A stretch of DNA of 63,699 nt, counting the filler, from Nemertoderma westbladi (Eukaryota; Animalia; Xenacoelomorpha), in the NCBI GenBank assembly GCA_032718475.1. It is 3 parts of 3 records of this genome, joined end to end, with 100 filler letters (N's around TTAATTAATTAA, not from the genome) between each part and the next. Parts side by side here need not be neighbours in the genome. Positions count along the whole stretch, not along the records: positions 1 to 12,738 come from JAUCBJ010002841.1; positions 12,839 to 33,875 come from JAUCBJ010006030.1; 1 more part is not named here. One strand, given 5' to 3'. The position numbers and the translations under genes are program-made. Positions 1 through 12,839 of the stretch are shown here, one piece after another. Each line of letters starts with the position of its first letter. Within the stretch, counting starts at the first letter, position 1. The notes below the pieces were generated by a model. It was given only the letters and a program-made list of their open reading frames with translations. It made no database searches and had not been told where the DNA came from.

Positions 1-327
1 GCCTGGAGTCTGTATTAATTGATATTTAAGTTTCACAGATGTCATAAAAGGTAACAAACAACACACTCTCCTTTAAAGGCACAAGTAAGCTCATGTTCAT
101 ACTAGAGAAACAGCTAGTACGTACTTGTGAAGGCTAGTACGAATTAACTTTCTGAATATCAAACGCAAGTAATTAATAGGTAGTAGTTACTAGGAAGTAA
201 CTACTACCTAGTAATTACTTGTTAGTAGAAAGACTTTGCTTTTCTGAATACGAACCCCTAGTAGTTACTACAATTTCCCTAGTAAGTACTAACTACTAGT
301 TATTCTGAATACCAGCCATTATGTCAC

Positions 328-579
328 ATGTATCGTATTAGTCGCGGCCTATCCCCACCATATCTTGAGAACTTAGTTATTTTCGACCCAACTGGAATTA
401 ACCTTCGTAGGAGCGAGAACCGAGCCGTAATCCCCTCACGCAGAACTGCTGTTGGGTGTGAAACGCTGTCATTCTTAGGCCCGAGTCTATGGAACTCCCT
501 GCCCAATAAACTAAAAAGTAAAATATCCCTAGAGTCATTTAAACATGGGATCAAAAACCACTATTTGAATATGCGCTAA
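328..579 (+). mobile_element. 3'-terminal fragment of a CR1/L2-group LINE ORF2
   Basis: Translation ends SFLGPSLWNSLPNKLKSKISLESFKHGIKNHYL, the P-x-LWNSLP...SL..FK..(L/I)K C-terminal signature of CR1/L2-group ORF2 proteins; AT-rich 3' region follows. No RT core visible. Confidence 0.65.
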
Positions 580-1469
580 CAACAGCATGATATGATACGT
601 ACATACTATGATATCCTAACTCCTAATTATTAGTGATATGATGCTAATTTATAACAGCTGTCTTAACAAACGGCCTGTGATATGGTGCTGGTCAATAATT
701 CTAGAACCCTATAAGCCCTAACCCCCTTTAAATATGTATTTTTTAATATACTATGTATTTGTATTACTTTCTTTTTTATTCTTAGTTATGTGCATGTTGT
801 TTTATACTTCAGTGTATTTACGAACTATTATAATTGCGTTATTAACGAATGCCCTTACTTGCGGGTACCGATAAGCTGGCTCTATGCTATTATAAATATT
901 ATAGTGATATGATAACTGATTAATGATAATATAAATAACTCTTAAAACTCAGTATCTTATAGTATACTATGTATTTTAACTTTTGGTATATTTATAGTGT
1001 ATTTTATAAGTATTTTAACTAAGTATTTTATATTTCGGGTGTATTTAACAGGCTCTTTTAATAACTTCTTCAACGAATGGCCTTAATGAACAGCCGTCTT
1101 GGATTAATAATGTAGTAACTGTATAGTACTGTATGTAAGAACCTTATTCAGAACCTTATTCTATTTTATCTCCATTAACATATTTATATTTTAATGTACG
1201 TCCTTTTACTGTGTATTTCCCTACACATTTCGGGTAATAATTTCGTTAATATTTTTTGGGGCTATCCCCGACATCATCTAGACTCACACTCACCATAACT
1301 ACTGTATAATGGATTATCTTGTTATCTTGTTCCTTCCGGTAATGTTTAATTATGCAGATTTACTTTACTTATTTGATGTCAATTAAACAATTTCAATTTC
1401 AATTTCAATACCGCAGTTGCCAACCAACTCATAAAATAAATAACACGTTCTAGAATATTGTGTATTTAT

Positions 1470-1865
1470 TAAATAGAATAAATGGCTTGCAGCGAACAAT
1501 AATTCTTGCAATCTTTGAACGCCTATATCTCAGCTGTTTCCCAACGAAATTCAGACATTGTTACATATTTGGAATCCTTGCATCGCAAGCATTCTATTGA
1601 TATGAAAAAAATACGACTAATGTGGAGAATGGCTACGATACGGAGGGTGCGATTTCGCAAAAGACACATTTTTAAAACGCTCATAAAAAAAATTTACAGG
1701 CAAAATCGAAAATTCCGGCTTCATGGTAACAACCACGGTGAGTTGAATTGGTTGTGTTTCAAATTTCAAGCAATATGATAACGATTTGTAGAAACATCTG
1801 GGGGTGGGGGGTTCCGTGTCATCAGAAAATGACACTATATTACGGGTGATGGTGTATATTAATAT
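1470..1865 (+). repeat. Dispersed repeat, copy 1 (copy 2 at 41935-42325); decayed small ORF of unknown origin
   Basis: Both copies begin aaatagaataaatggc and share tctttgaacgcctatatctcagctgtttc, aaattccggcttcatggtaacaaccacggtgagt and tccgtgtcatcagaaaatgacac. Confidence 0.85.
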
Positions 1866-2009
1866 ATATGTGCAAATTTTTTATAATATGGAAGTTTTAA
1901 AGGAATAATAAATAAATGTTAAAAATAAATAAATGTTAATCTTTGCCCGCGAGCTTCACTTAATAGCCTTCGCTTAATAAGATTTGTGTTAGTAACCATT
2001 TTAGTAACT

Positions 2010-2130
2010 AATTGAGGGAAAGGAGCAGGTTACTGAGACGGGTTTTTCTAACCAAAACAATAAACGATAATGTTACCAATTGAGGGAAAGGAGCAGGTTA
2101 CAGAGTCGGCTTTTACTAACCAAAACAGTG
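2010..2130 (+). repeat. Short dispersed motif family (ggaaaggagcaggttac...accaaaacaat), two tandem copies
   Basis: Copies at about 2010-2060 and 2077-2128; the motif recurs at about 26900-26950 and 33826-33875, and partially at about 28131-28180. Confidence 0.75.
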
Positions 2131-4360
2131 CGATCGCTCAGTACATAAATACACGTTCATGGGGCGTCGCGCAGCACGCGAACTTGAGCAAGTTCAAAAG
2201 CCCGTAACTTTCAAAACTATTGGAACTTTCTCTCTAGTTAAAACTTTCTCTCCATACAAAATTTGGTTGAAAATGGTTAGAATCTTCAAAAGTTATTTAC
2301 GAATGAATATTTCATTACAGACGGACAGACAGACAGACTGGCGGACATGACATTTTGCCCTATTTACTAATTATAATTGTGCGCTAAGGCTCGCCCTGAC
2401 TGCGTGGCTCGCCCCACAATACAGACCCAACTCTGAACATTGCTAATTGTCATAGTCTGGTCTCCCTCCCAATGTGTATATTCCAAATAGAGATACTAAA
2501 TATAATAAATAAAGTATAATTAAATAAATATTACAACTCAACTAAAACCAAACACATAACTAAGCAACAGTACAAACATCACAACGGACACATTTGCACC
2601 CCTAGCGTTTTAATTATAATAATATTAATTAATTATACATTAATGCACTCAGAAGGGAGATATAAAATGACAATGGAAGATTCTACAATGAAAAAAAAAG
2701 GGAAATAAATGTAAGGAAAGCACCTACAAATAAATATGAATGCAGCAATAACAAACAAGAAGATTAAAAAATCCCGATACATTTCTACCTACGGTTATGT
2801 TATTTACGATAATCCCGATAAATTTCTACCTACGGTTATGTTATTTACAATTATGCAAAGTATTTTTCAGTTATATTTTATTATTTAATCTCATTTACAT
2901 TATTTTAATTACCATACAAACTGTAAACTCAATGTAATTAATGAATTTATAACTCACTCGATACCATATTATACTGCCAGTACGCAAACCTGAGGGAGGG
3001 AGGATACAACCCTTTATTGCACCAAAACTAATTACAATATATTATTTATTGTATTTCACAACTTAATTTCATTTACATAATAAAATATATTTTTGAAAGT
3101 AGCTAGTTTTTCAGATATTATAAAAACAAATTAAGTACTTAAAGAAAACATGTTTTATAACAAATTTTTAATTTTAGAACGTTATTGAGAATATGTTAAA
3201 AATAATTATAGATAGTTTTTCTTATTTTATGTTATATTCTAGAAGAATGTCGCCCTTTATTTAAAAAAGTTACTGATTTTCTAGGAAAAAAAGTTCTAGA
3301 ACAATTTCCTACAAAAAAGTTATAGAACTCTACATAAGTTTCGAGAAATTTTTATATAATATAGACCAAAGCCACATGTTTTTTGTGACTTTTAAAAAAG
3401 GTTCTAGAATATTAAATAAAAATAATAAATATATGTTGTAGTAATTAATAATAGTAAGTTACCTAGCTCTTTTCTATTCGAATTGAATGCAATAAAGTTG
3501 TTAAAATGCAATAAAATTAAATAATTAACCTGCTGCATATCACGAAGTAGCAACTTACTAGCAAAATACAATCCTCGCCACCCTTGCAGCTCGTGAAATG
3601 AAATAAAATCACTTTAAACAGAATGCAATAAAGTGCTATTTAATTTACAAATGCCGTAAATAGTTATAAATAACAGCTCATTTGAAACTAAAGTAGAGTA
3701 AAGGCGATTTAACATTTTAATATTTAAATATTTTAAAGGGAACGAGTTTGCAATAAAATATAACCAACTTCGTTGACGTTGGTTCATATTGAAGTCTGAA
3801 TCTCCGTTTACTAGTTAAACTCACAAAGGGAAATTTGTATAAATTAGGAAAATCTATTAATTTGTGCAAAATAAGATACCGGTACATAATAATAAAGCTA
3901 ATAATTAAAATCACGATAACATACAAATAGAACATTTAGTAAATCTTAACATACGAAGTCATTGCACCAAAATAAATATACAGACACAACATGCTAACTA
4001 ATATATTATGTCTGACTGACTACACCATATGAATACTGCAAGCTTACATTGCCTAACGCATGTGACGTTGATTAATACGCGATGGACAGTGCGGTATCTA
4101 TGACCTCATGATATCTGGGTTTGTTACTGCAGTCGCAGTGGCTGGAATTGAGATTGAAATCGAATTATTTATAACGGAAAATAAAAGCCAACAAAAAATA
4201 ATTTTAAACACTGAAGTATAAACTGCGCAGCGCACACAGACTGGGTTCAACAGAAAATACAATTAAACGGGCGGTACAAAAATCGCACCCATATTACTGA
4301 AAATTACAGGAATCCGGGACTCAGAAAGCGAAGAGTTCAATATCGTTAAAACATATAGAC

Positions 4361-5720
4361 CGTATTTACTCGAATAAGAGCCTGGGCGTTTCAGTTTATA
4401 AATTTACAATAGGGGGGTTTATTCGAGGAGGGCGTTTATTCGGGGAAGGCGTTTATTCGGGGAAGGCGTTTATTCGGGGAAGGCGTTTATTCGGGGAAGG
4501 CGTTTATTCGAGGAGGGCGTTTATTCGGGGAAGGCGTTTATTCGGGGAATGCGTTTATTCGGGGAAGGCGTTTATTCGAGGAGGGCGTTTATTCGGGGAA
4601 GGCGTTTATTCGGGGAATGCGTTTATTCGGGGAAGGCGTTTATTCGGGGAAGGCGTTTATTCGAGGAGGGCGTTTATTCGGGGAAGGCGTTTATTCGGGG
4701 AATGCGTTTATTCGGGGAAGGCGTTTATTCGGGGAAGGCGTTTATTCGGGGAGGGCGTTTATTCGGGGAATGCGTTTATTCGGGGAAGGCGTTTATTCGG
4801 GGAAGGCGTTTATTCGAGGAGGGCGTTTATTCGGGGAAGGCGTTTATTCGGGGAAGGCGTTTATTCGAGGAGGGCGTTTATTCGGGGAAGGCGTTTATTC
4901 GGGGAATGCGTTTATTCGGGGAAGGCGTTTATTCGAGGAGGGCGTTTATTCGGGGAAGGCGTTTATTCGGGGAAGGCGTTTATTCGAGGAGGGCGTTTAT
5001 TCGGGGAAGGCGTTTATTCGGGGAATGCGTTTATTCGGGGAAGGCGTTTATTCGAGGAGGGCGTTTATTCGGGGAAGGCGTTTATTCGGGGAAGGCGTTT
5101 ATTCGAGGAGGGCGTTTATTCGGGGAAGGCGTTTATTCGGGGAAGGCGTTTATTCGAGGAGGGCGTTTATTGGGGAAGGCGTTTATTCGAGGAGGGCGTT
5201 TATTCGGGGAAGGCGTTTATTCGGGGAAGGCGTTTATTCGGGGAAGGCGTTTATTCGGGGAAGGCGTTTATTCGAGGAGGGCGTTTATTCGGGGAAGGCG
5301 TTTATTCGGGGAATGCGTTTATTCGGGGAAGGCGTTTATTCGAGGAGGGCGTTTATTCGGGGAAGGCGTTTATTCGGGGAATGCGTTTATTCGGGGAAGG
5401 CGTTTATTCGAGGAGGGCGTTTATTCGGGGAAGGCGTTTATTCGGGGAAGGCGTTTATTCGGGGAAGGCGTTTATTCGGGGAAGGCGTTTATTCGAGGAG
5501 GGCGTTTATTCGGGGAAGGCGTTTATTCGGGGAAGGCGTTTATTCGAGGAGGGCGTTTATTGGGGAAGGCGTTTATTCGAGGAGGGCGTTTATTCGGGGA
5601 AGGCGTTTATTCGGGGAAGGCGTCGCTCACTAATCGTGGCTCGCCCCACATTGTTATTAAACGCCGGGGCGTTTACCCCGGGGGGGGGGGGGGGGGGGGG
5701 CTCTTATTCGAAGAAATACA
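4361..5720. mobile_element. MITE-like element with short TIRs, internally expanded by a 17-bp tandem array
   Basis: Left end cgtatttactcgaataagagcc; right end ggctcttattcgaagaaataca (near reverse complement). No coding capacity. Confidence 0.6.
4417..5623 (+). repeat. 17-bp minisatellite (ggcgtttattcggggaa / ggcgtttattcgaggag), about 70 copies
   Basis: Direct periodicity; explains ORFs 4549..5736, 4617..5633 and 5381..5752. Confidence 0.97.
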
Positions 5721-6352
5721 ATATTTTAAATTTTAATATGGCAATGGGATAATAAAAAATATGTACAGCGATATAATTTATATTAAAACCTGGTAAGGAA
5801 AAAGCATAGTATGGCACAAGGGTTCACACCTAAACAAAAACTATTTATAAAGCAATAAATATCATATAAAAACAACGTTAGATAACTAATATAAAAAAAA
5901 GTATATCACAAAGGTTTTCAGTTACATTATTAATCGCCGTATTGATGAAAACGGCAATGGGAAACAACGAATAAATATTATTAAGAGGAACTCAGTGGGA
6001 ATTCTTTTTCAACCGCTTAGTAGCAAAATGATGAAATAACTGGTTACTAAAATCTACTTATTCCAATTATAATACAACAGAGTATACCAATTACTGTATC
6101 ATATAGATAAGTTAAACAAAAATGCCACTCCATTTATATTTAAGTAATATAAGCAATAATAAAAGAAATTCCATTCTGAATAATAAAAGTTAGAAAAAAA
6201 AAACAAATATCGCACCCAAACTCTAGGTGGCGAAGCAAAGCAAACAGTTGTCGGGCGATATAAAAGTGTACTTCGGTGGATATGGCGCTGGTGTTGCTAT
6301 CGTTGTGTCTCTATGGCGATCCTGTCAATGATATTGACTATATGGTTCTCTT

Positions 6353-7698
6353 CTAAACATCAATATCCCTAAACATAAAATTAATAAATGAATTTAAAAG
6401 CCACAAAATCGATTGGGTTTTTAACGACAATTAGTTTTACGTTACTTTTAACTCGTTTACTTTCAGTTTACACAAACCGTTTACTTTCCCTTTATCGCAA
6501 CTAATTTACTTTCAGTTTACCCAAACCGTTTACTTTCAGTTTACCCATACCGTTTACTTTCCGTTTATCGTTACTCGCTTACTTTCAGTTTACCCAAACC
6601 GTTACCTTTCAGTTTACACAAACCGTTTACTTTCCGTTTATCGTAACTCGTTTACTTTCAGTTTACCCAAACCGTTTACTTTCCATTTATCGTTACTCGT
6701 TTACTTTCAGTTTACCCAAACCGTTTACTTTCCGTTTACCGTAACTCGTTTACTTTCAGTTTACCCAAACCGTTTACTTTCCGTTTATCGTAACTCGTTT
6801 ACTTTCAGTTTACCCAAACCGTTTACTTTCCGTTTATCGTAACTCGTTTACTTTCAGTTTAACCAAACCGTTTACTTTCAGTTTATCGTAACTCGTTTAC
6901 TTTCAGTTTAACCACCATTTTCACTCCGTTTATCACAATTCGTTTACTTTCAGTATACCCAAACCGGTTACTTTCCGTTTATCGTAACTCGTTTACTTTC
7001 AGTTTACCCAAATCGTTTACTTTCCGTTTATCGTAACTCGTTTACTTTCAGTTTAGCCAAACCGTTTACTTTCCGTTTATCGTAACTCGTTTACTTTCAG
7101 TTTACCCAAACCGTTTACTTTCCGTTTATCGTAACTCGTTTACTTTCAGTTTAACCAAACCGTTTACTTTCCGTTTATCGTAACTCGTTTACTTTCAGTT
7201 TACCCAAACCGTTTACTTTCAGTTTATCGCAACTCGTATACTTTCAGATTACCCAAACCGTTTACTTTCCGTTTATCGTAACTCGTTTATTTTCAGTTTA
7301 CCCAAACCGTTTACTTTCCGTTTATCGTAACTCGTTTACTTTCAGTTTAACCAAACCGTTTACTTTCCGTTTATCGTAACTCGTTTACTTTCAGTTTACC
7401 CAAACCGTTTACTTTCCGTTTATCGTAACTCATTTACTTTCAGTTTACCCAAACCGTTTACTTTCCGTTTATCGTAACTCGTTTACTTTCAGTTTAACCA
7501 AACCGTTTACTTTCAGTTTATCGTAACTCGTTTACTTTCAGTTTAACCACCATTTTCACTCCGTTTATCACAACTCGTTTACTTTCAGTTTACCCAAACC
7601 GTTTACTTTCCGTTTATCGTAAATCGTTTACTTACCTTTTATGGTAACTGCCTTGGAGCCTCAATGACGTCCTCCCATGCTCATAAACTTCGGGCATG
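6353..7698 (-). CDS. Putative last two coding exons of an unidentified gene (7698-7636 and 6368-6353)
   Basis: 63-nt exon bounded by a strong acceptor (ttttttcttctatttag) and donor (AAG|gtaagt). Only one frame is open (MPEVYEHGRTSLRLQGSYHK). A phase-2 join to acceptor ttttatgtttag gives ...HKRDIDV-stop. No homology recognised. Confidence 0.35.
6450..7632 (+). repeat. 49-bp tandem array (aaaccgtttactttccgtttatcgtaactcgtttactttcagtttaccc) built from related ~12-bp subunits
   Basis: Period of 49 measured between 6721 and 6770; gtttac/gtttat subrepeat structure. Confidence 0.95.
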
Positions 7699-7751
7699 CT
7701 AAATAGAAGAAAAAAATACAATAATTATTAAATTCATATTTTAAATCTACG

Positions 7752-10700
7752 TTGCCCTCACTCACTCACTACTATTCCACCTCACTAACTTCTATTTCCC
7801 CTCACTCATTACTGTTTAACCTCACTCTCACTGTTATTTGCCTTCACTAACTACTATTTGCCCTCACTCACTGTTATTTGCCTTCACTAACTACTATTTG
7901 CCCTCACTCACTGTTATTTGCCTTCACTAACTACTATTTACCCTCACTCACTGTTATTTGCCTTCACTAACTACTATTTGCCCTCGCTTACTGTTATTTG
8001 CCATCACTCACTACTATTTGCCCTCACTCACTGTTATTTGCCCCCACTCACTACTTCTTGCCCTATTCTCTACTATTTCTACGCGCTACTATTTGCCCTC
8101 ACTCACTATTAGTTGCCCTCACCCACTACTGCTTGCCCTATTCGCTACTATTTCTACTCACCACTATTTGCTTTCACTCACTACTATTTTCCCTCACTCA
8201 CTACTATTTGCCCTCACTCACTATTAGTTTCCCTCACCCACTACTGCTTGCCCTATTCGCTAGTACTTCTACTCGCTACTATTTGCCATAGACTCACCAC
8301 TATTTGCTCTCACTCACTACTATTTGCCCTCAATCAATACTATTTGCCCTCACTCACTATTAGTTTCCCTCACCCACTACTGCTTGCCCTATTCGCTAGT
8401 ACTTCTACTCGCTACTATTTGCCATAGACTCACCACTATTTGCTCTCACTCACTACTATTTGCCCTCAATCAATACTATTTGCCCTCACTCACTATTAGT
8501 TTCCCTCACCCACTACTGCTTGCCCTATTATCTACTATTTCTACTCGCTACTATTTGTTCTCACTCCACTACTGTATGCATTCACTAACTTCTATTTCCC
8601 CACACTGGCTACTAATTGCCTTCACAAACTACTATTTGCTCTCACTCACTGTTATTTCCCATCACTCACGCACTACCGTAAACTCACTGTTATTTGCCAT
8701 CACTCACTCACTACTACTATTTGCCCCCACTCACTGTTAGTTGCACTCACTCACTACTATTTGCCCTCACTCACTGTTATTTGCCCTCACTCACTACTAT
8801 TTGCCATCACTCACTACTACTTTCCCTATTCTCTACTATTTCTACTCGCTAATATTTGCCCTCACTCACTGTTATTTGCCCTCACTCACTACTATTTGCC
8901 ATCACTCACTACTACTTTCCCTATTCTCTACTAATTCTACTCGCTAATATTTGCCTTCACTCACTGTTATTTGCCCTCACTCACTACTACTATTTGCCCC
9001 CAATCACTCTTAGTTGCACTCACTCGCTACTATTTCTACGCGCTACTATTTGCCCTCACTCACTACTATTTGCCCTCACTCACTACTACTATTTGCCCCC
9101 AATCACTCTTAGTTGCACTCACTCGCTACTATTTCTACGCGCTACTATTTGCCCTCACTCACTACTATTTGCCCTCACTCACTACTATTTGCACTCACTC
9201 ACTACTATTTGCCCTCACTCACTACTATTTGCACTCACTAACTACTAGTTACCGTCACTCACTACTACTTTCCCTATTCTCTACTATTTCTACTCGCTAA
9301 TATTCGTCCTCACTCACTGTTATTTGCCCTCACTTACTACTATTTGCCATCACTCACTACTACTATTTGCCCTCACTCACTACTAGTTGCCCTCACTCAC
9401 TACTACTTTCCCTATTCTCTACTATTTCTACTCGCTAATATTTGCCCTCACTCACTGTTATTTGCACTCACTCACTACTATTTGCACTCACTAACTACCA
9501 GTTGCCCTCACTCACTACTAGTTGCCCTCACTCACTACTACTTTCCCTATTCTCTACTATTTCTACTCGCTAATATTTGCCCTCACTCACTGTTATTTGC
9601 CCTCACTCACTACTATTTGCCATCACTCACTACTACTATTTGCCCCCAATCACTGTTAGTTGCACTCACTCGCTACTATTTCTACGCGCTACTATTTGCA
9701 CTCACTCACTACTATTTGCCCTCACTCACTACTATTTGCCCTCACTCACTACTATTTGCACTCACTCCTACTATTTGCACTCAGTCACTACTATTTGCCC
9801 GCACTCACTACTACTTTCCCTATTCTCTACTATTTCTACTCGCTAATATTTGTCCTCACTCACTGTTATTTTCCCACACTCACTACTATTTGCCATCACT
9901 CACTACTACTATTTGCCCTCACTCACTACTAGTTGCCCTCACTCACTACTACTTTCCCTATTCTCTACTATTTCTACTCGCTAATATTTGCCCTCACTCA
10001 CTGTTATTTGCACTCACTCACTACTATTTGCACTCACTAACTACCAGTTGCCCTCACTCACTACTAGTTGCCCTCACTCACTACTACTTGCCCTATTCTC
10101 TACTATTTCTACTCGCTAATATTTGCCCTCACTCACTGTTATTTGCCCTCACTCACTACAATTTGCCATCACTCACTACTACTATTTGCCCCCACTCACT
10201 GTTAGTTGCACTCACTCGCTACTATTTCTACGCGCTACTATTTGCCCTCACTCACTACTATTTGCCCTCACTCACTACTATTTGCCCTCACTCACTACTA
10301 TTTGCACTCACTCACTACTATTTGCCCTCACTCACTACTATTTGCACTCACTCACTACTATTTGCACTAACTATTATCACTAACTACTAGTTGCCATCAC
10401 TCACTACTACTATTTGCCCCCACTCACTGTTAGTTGCACTCACTCACTACTATTTGCCCTCACTCACTACTATTTGCACTCACTCACTACTATTTGCCCT
10501 CACTCACTACTATCTGCACTCACTCACTACTATTTTCCTCACTCACTACTATTTGCCCTCACTCACTACTATTTGCCCCCACTCACTACTATCTGCACTC
10601 ACTCACTACTATTTTCCTCACTCACTACTAGTTGCCCTCACTCACTACTACTTGCCATATTCTCTACTATTTCTACGCGCTACTATTTGCCCTCACTCAC

Positions 10701-12340
10701 TACTATTTGCCCTCACTCACTACTATTTGCACTCACTCACTACTATTTGCCCTCACTCACTACTATCTGCACTCACTCACTACTATTTGCACTCACTAAC
10801 TACTAGTTGCCATCACTCACTACTACTATTTGCCCCCACTCACTGTTAGTTGCACTCACTCACTACTATTTGCCCTCACTCACTACTATTTGCCCCCACT
10901 CACTACTATCTGCACTCACTCACTACTATTTTCCTCACTCACTACTAGTTGCCCTCACTCACTACTACTTGCCATATTCTCTACTATTTCTACGCGCTAC
11001 TATTTGCCCTCACTCACTACTATTTGCCCTCACTCACTACTATTTGCACTCACTCACTACTATTTGCCCTCACTCACTACTATCTGCACTCACTCACTAC
11101 TATTTGCACTCACTAACTACTAGTTGCCATCACTCACTACTACTATTTGCCCCCACTCACTGTTAGTTGCACTCACTCACTACTATTTGCCCTCACTCAC
11201 TACTATTTGCCCTCACTCACTACTATTTGCACTCACTCACTACTATTTGCACTCACTAACTACTAGTTGCCATCACTCACTACTACTATTTGCCCCCACT
11301 CACTGTTAGTTGCACTCACTCACTAATATTTGCCCTCACTCACTACTATTTGCCCTCACTCACTACTATCTGCACTCACTCACTACTATTTTCCTCACTC
11401 ACTACTAGTTGCCCTCACTCACTACTACTTGCCATATTCTCTACTATTTCTACGCGCTACTATTTGCCCTCACTCACTACTATTTGCCCTCACTCACTAC
11501 TATTTGCACTCACTCACTACTATTTGCCCTCACTCACTACTATCTGCACTCACTCACTACTATTTGCACTCACTAACTACTAGTTGCCATCACTCACTAC
11601 TACTATATGCCCCCACTCACTGTTAGTTGCACTCACTCACTACTATTTGCTCTCACTCACTACTATTTGCCCTCACTCACTACTATTTGCCATCACTCAC
11701 TACTACTATTTGCCCCCACTCACTGTTAGTTGCACTCACTCGCTACTATTTCTACGCGCTACTATTTGCCCTCACTCACTACTATCTGCACTCACTCACT
11801 ACTATTTTCCTCACTCACTACTATTTGCACTCACTCACTACTATTTGCCCTCACTCACTACTATTTGCCCCCACTCACTGTTAGTTGCACTCACTCGCTA
11901 CTATTTCTACGCGCTACTATTTGCCCTCACTCACTACTATCTGCACTCACTCACTACTATTTCCTCACTCACTACTAGTTGCCCTCACTCACTACTACTT
12001 GCCATATTCTCTACTATTTCTACGCGCTACTATTTGCCCTCACTCACTACTATTTGCCCTCACTCACTACTATTTGCACTCACTCAATACTATTTGCCCT
12101 CACTCACTACTATCTGCACTCACTCACTACTATTTTCCTCACTCACTACTATTTGCCCTCACTCACTACTATTTGCCCTCACTCACTACTATTTGCCCCA
12201 CTCACTGTTAGTTGCACTCACTCACTACTATTTGCCCTCACTCACTACTAGTTGCCCTCACTCACTACTGCTTGCCCTAATCACTACTATTTCTACGCGC
12301 TACTATTTGCCCTCACTCACTGTTATTTACCATTACTACT
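7752..12340 (+). repeat. 20-bp minisatellite (tactatttgccctcactcac) with variants and higher-order blocks
   Basis: Direct periodicity; source of all ORFs between 7918 and 12351. Confidence 0.97.
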
Positions 12341-12738
12341 ACTACTACTAGGTCGAGCGAACTCGGACAGTGGAAATGAGATCCTTCCAGGCTTCCCGAT
12401 TCTCCATAATTGTCGCAATTTCGTTTCTCTTAAGTTCAGTATCCCTTTCAAGTTGATCTATATATGTTATGGCCGGTCGTCCACGACTACGCTTTCCATG
12501 AGTTGGTTGCCAGAAAAGTAGATCTGGTATGACCTCGTCTTTACTTCGCCAGCAGTGCCCACTGATTCTTAATCTGCGTTCACGGAGGGTGGTTGATACA
12601 GGTGGTATTGTACCATAAAGCTCGGCGTTTGTCATGTGTTGTCTCCAGCTGATGTTTAGGGCTGCCCTTTTAGTAGTCTTGTGTAGCAACCATCAATTCG
12701 TTGTTCAAGTGATTTAGATTGCGGACATTCAAGGTATC
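12335..12738 (-). mobile_element. RTE-clade LINE 3' fragment with (TAG)n tail
   Basis: Translation ISWRQHMTNAELYG...RERRLRISGHCWR...LFWQPTHGKRSRGRPAITYIDQL...MENREAW is a typical RTE ORF2 C-terminus; the stop runs into tagtagtagtag; cut by the spacer. Confidence 0.85.
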
Positions 12739-12838
12739 NNNNNNNNNNNNNNNNNNNNNNNNNNNNNNNNNNNNNNNNNNNNTTAATTAATTAANNNNNN
12801 NNNNNNNNNNNNNNNNNNNNNNNNNNNNNNNNNNNNNN
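12739..12838. other. Artificial 100-nt gap/linker (N-run + TTAATTAATTAA six-frame stop)
   Basis: Ns flanking ttaattaattaa; identical design at 33876-33975. Confidence 0.97.
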
Positions 12839-12839
12839 G

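Noticed and set aside
4549-12351. Long ORFs in the 17-bp and 20-bp arrays
   Set aside because: Open in multiple frames with periodic peptides; by-products of stop-free tandem units.
12783-12794. TTAATTAATTAA within N-runs (also at about 33920)
   Set aside because: Artificial six-frame stop linker, not a biological site.
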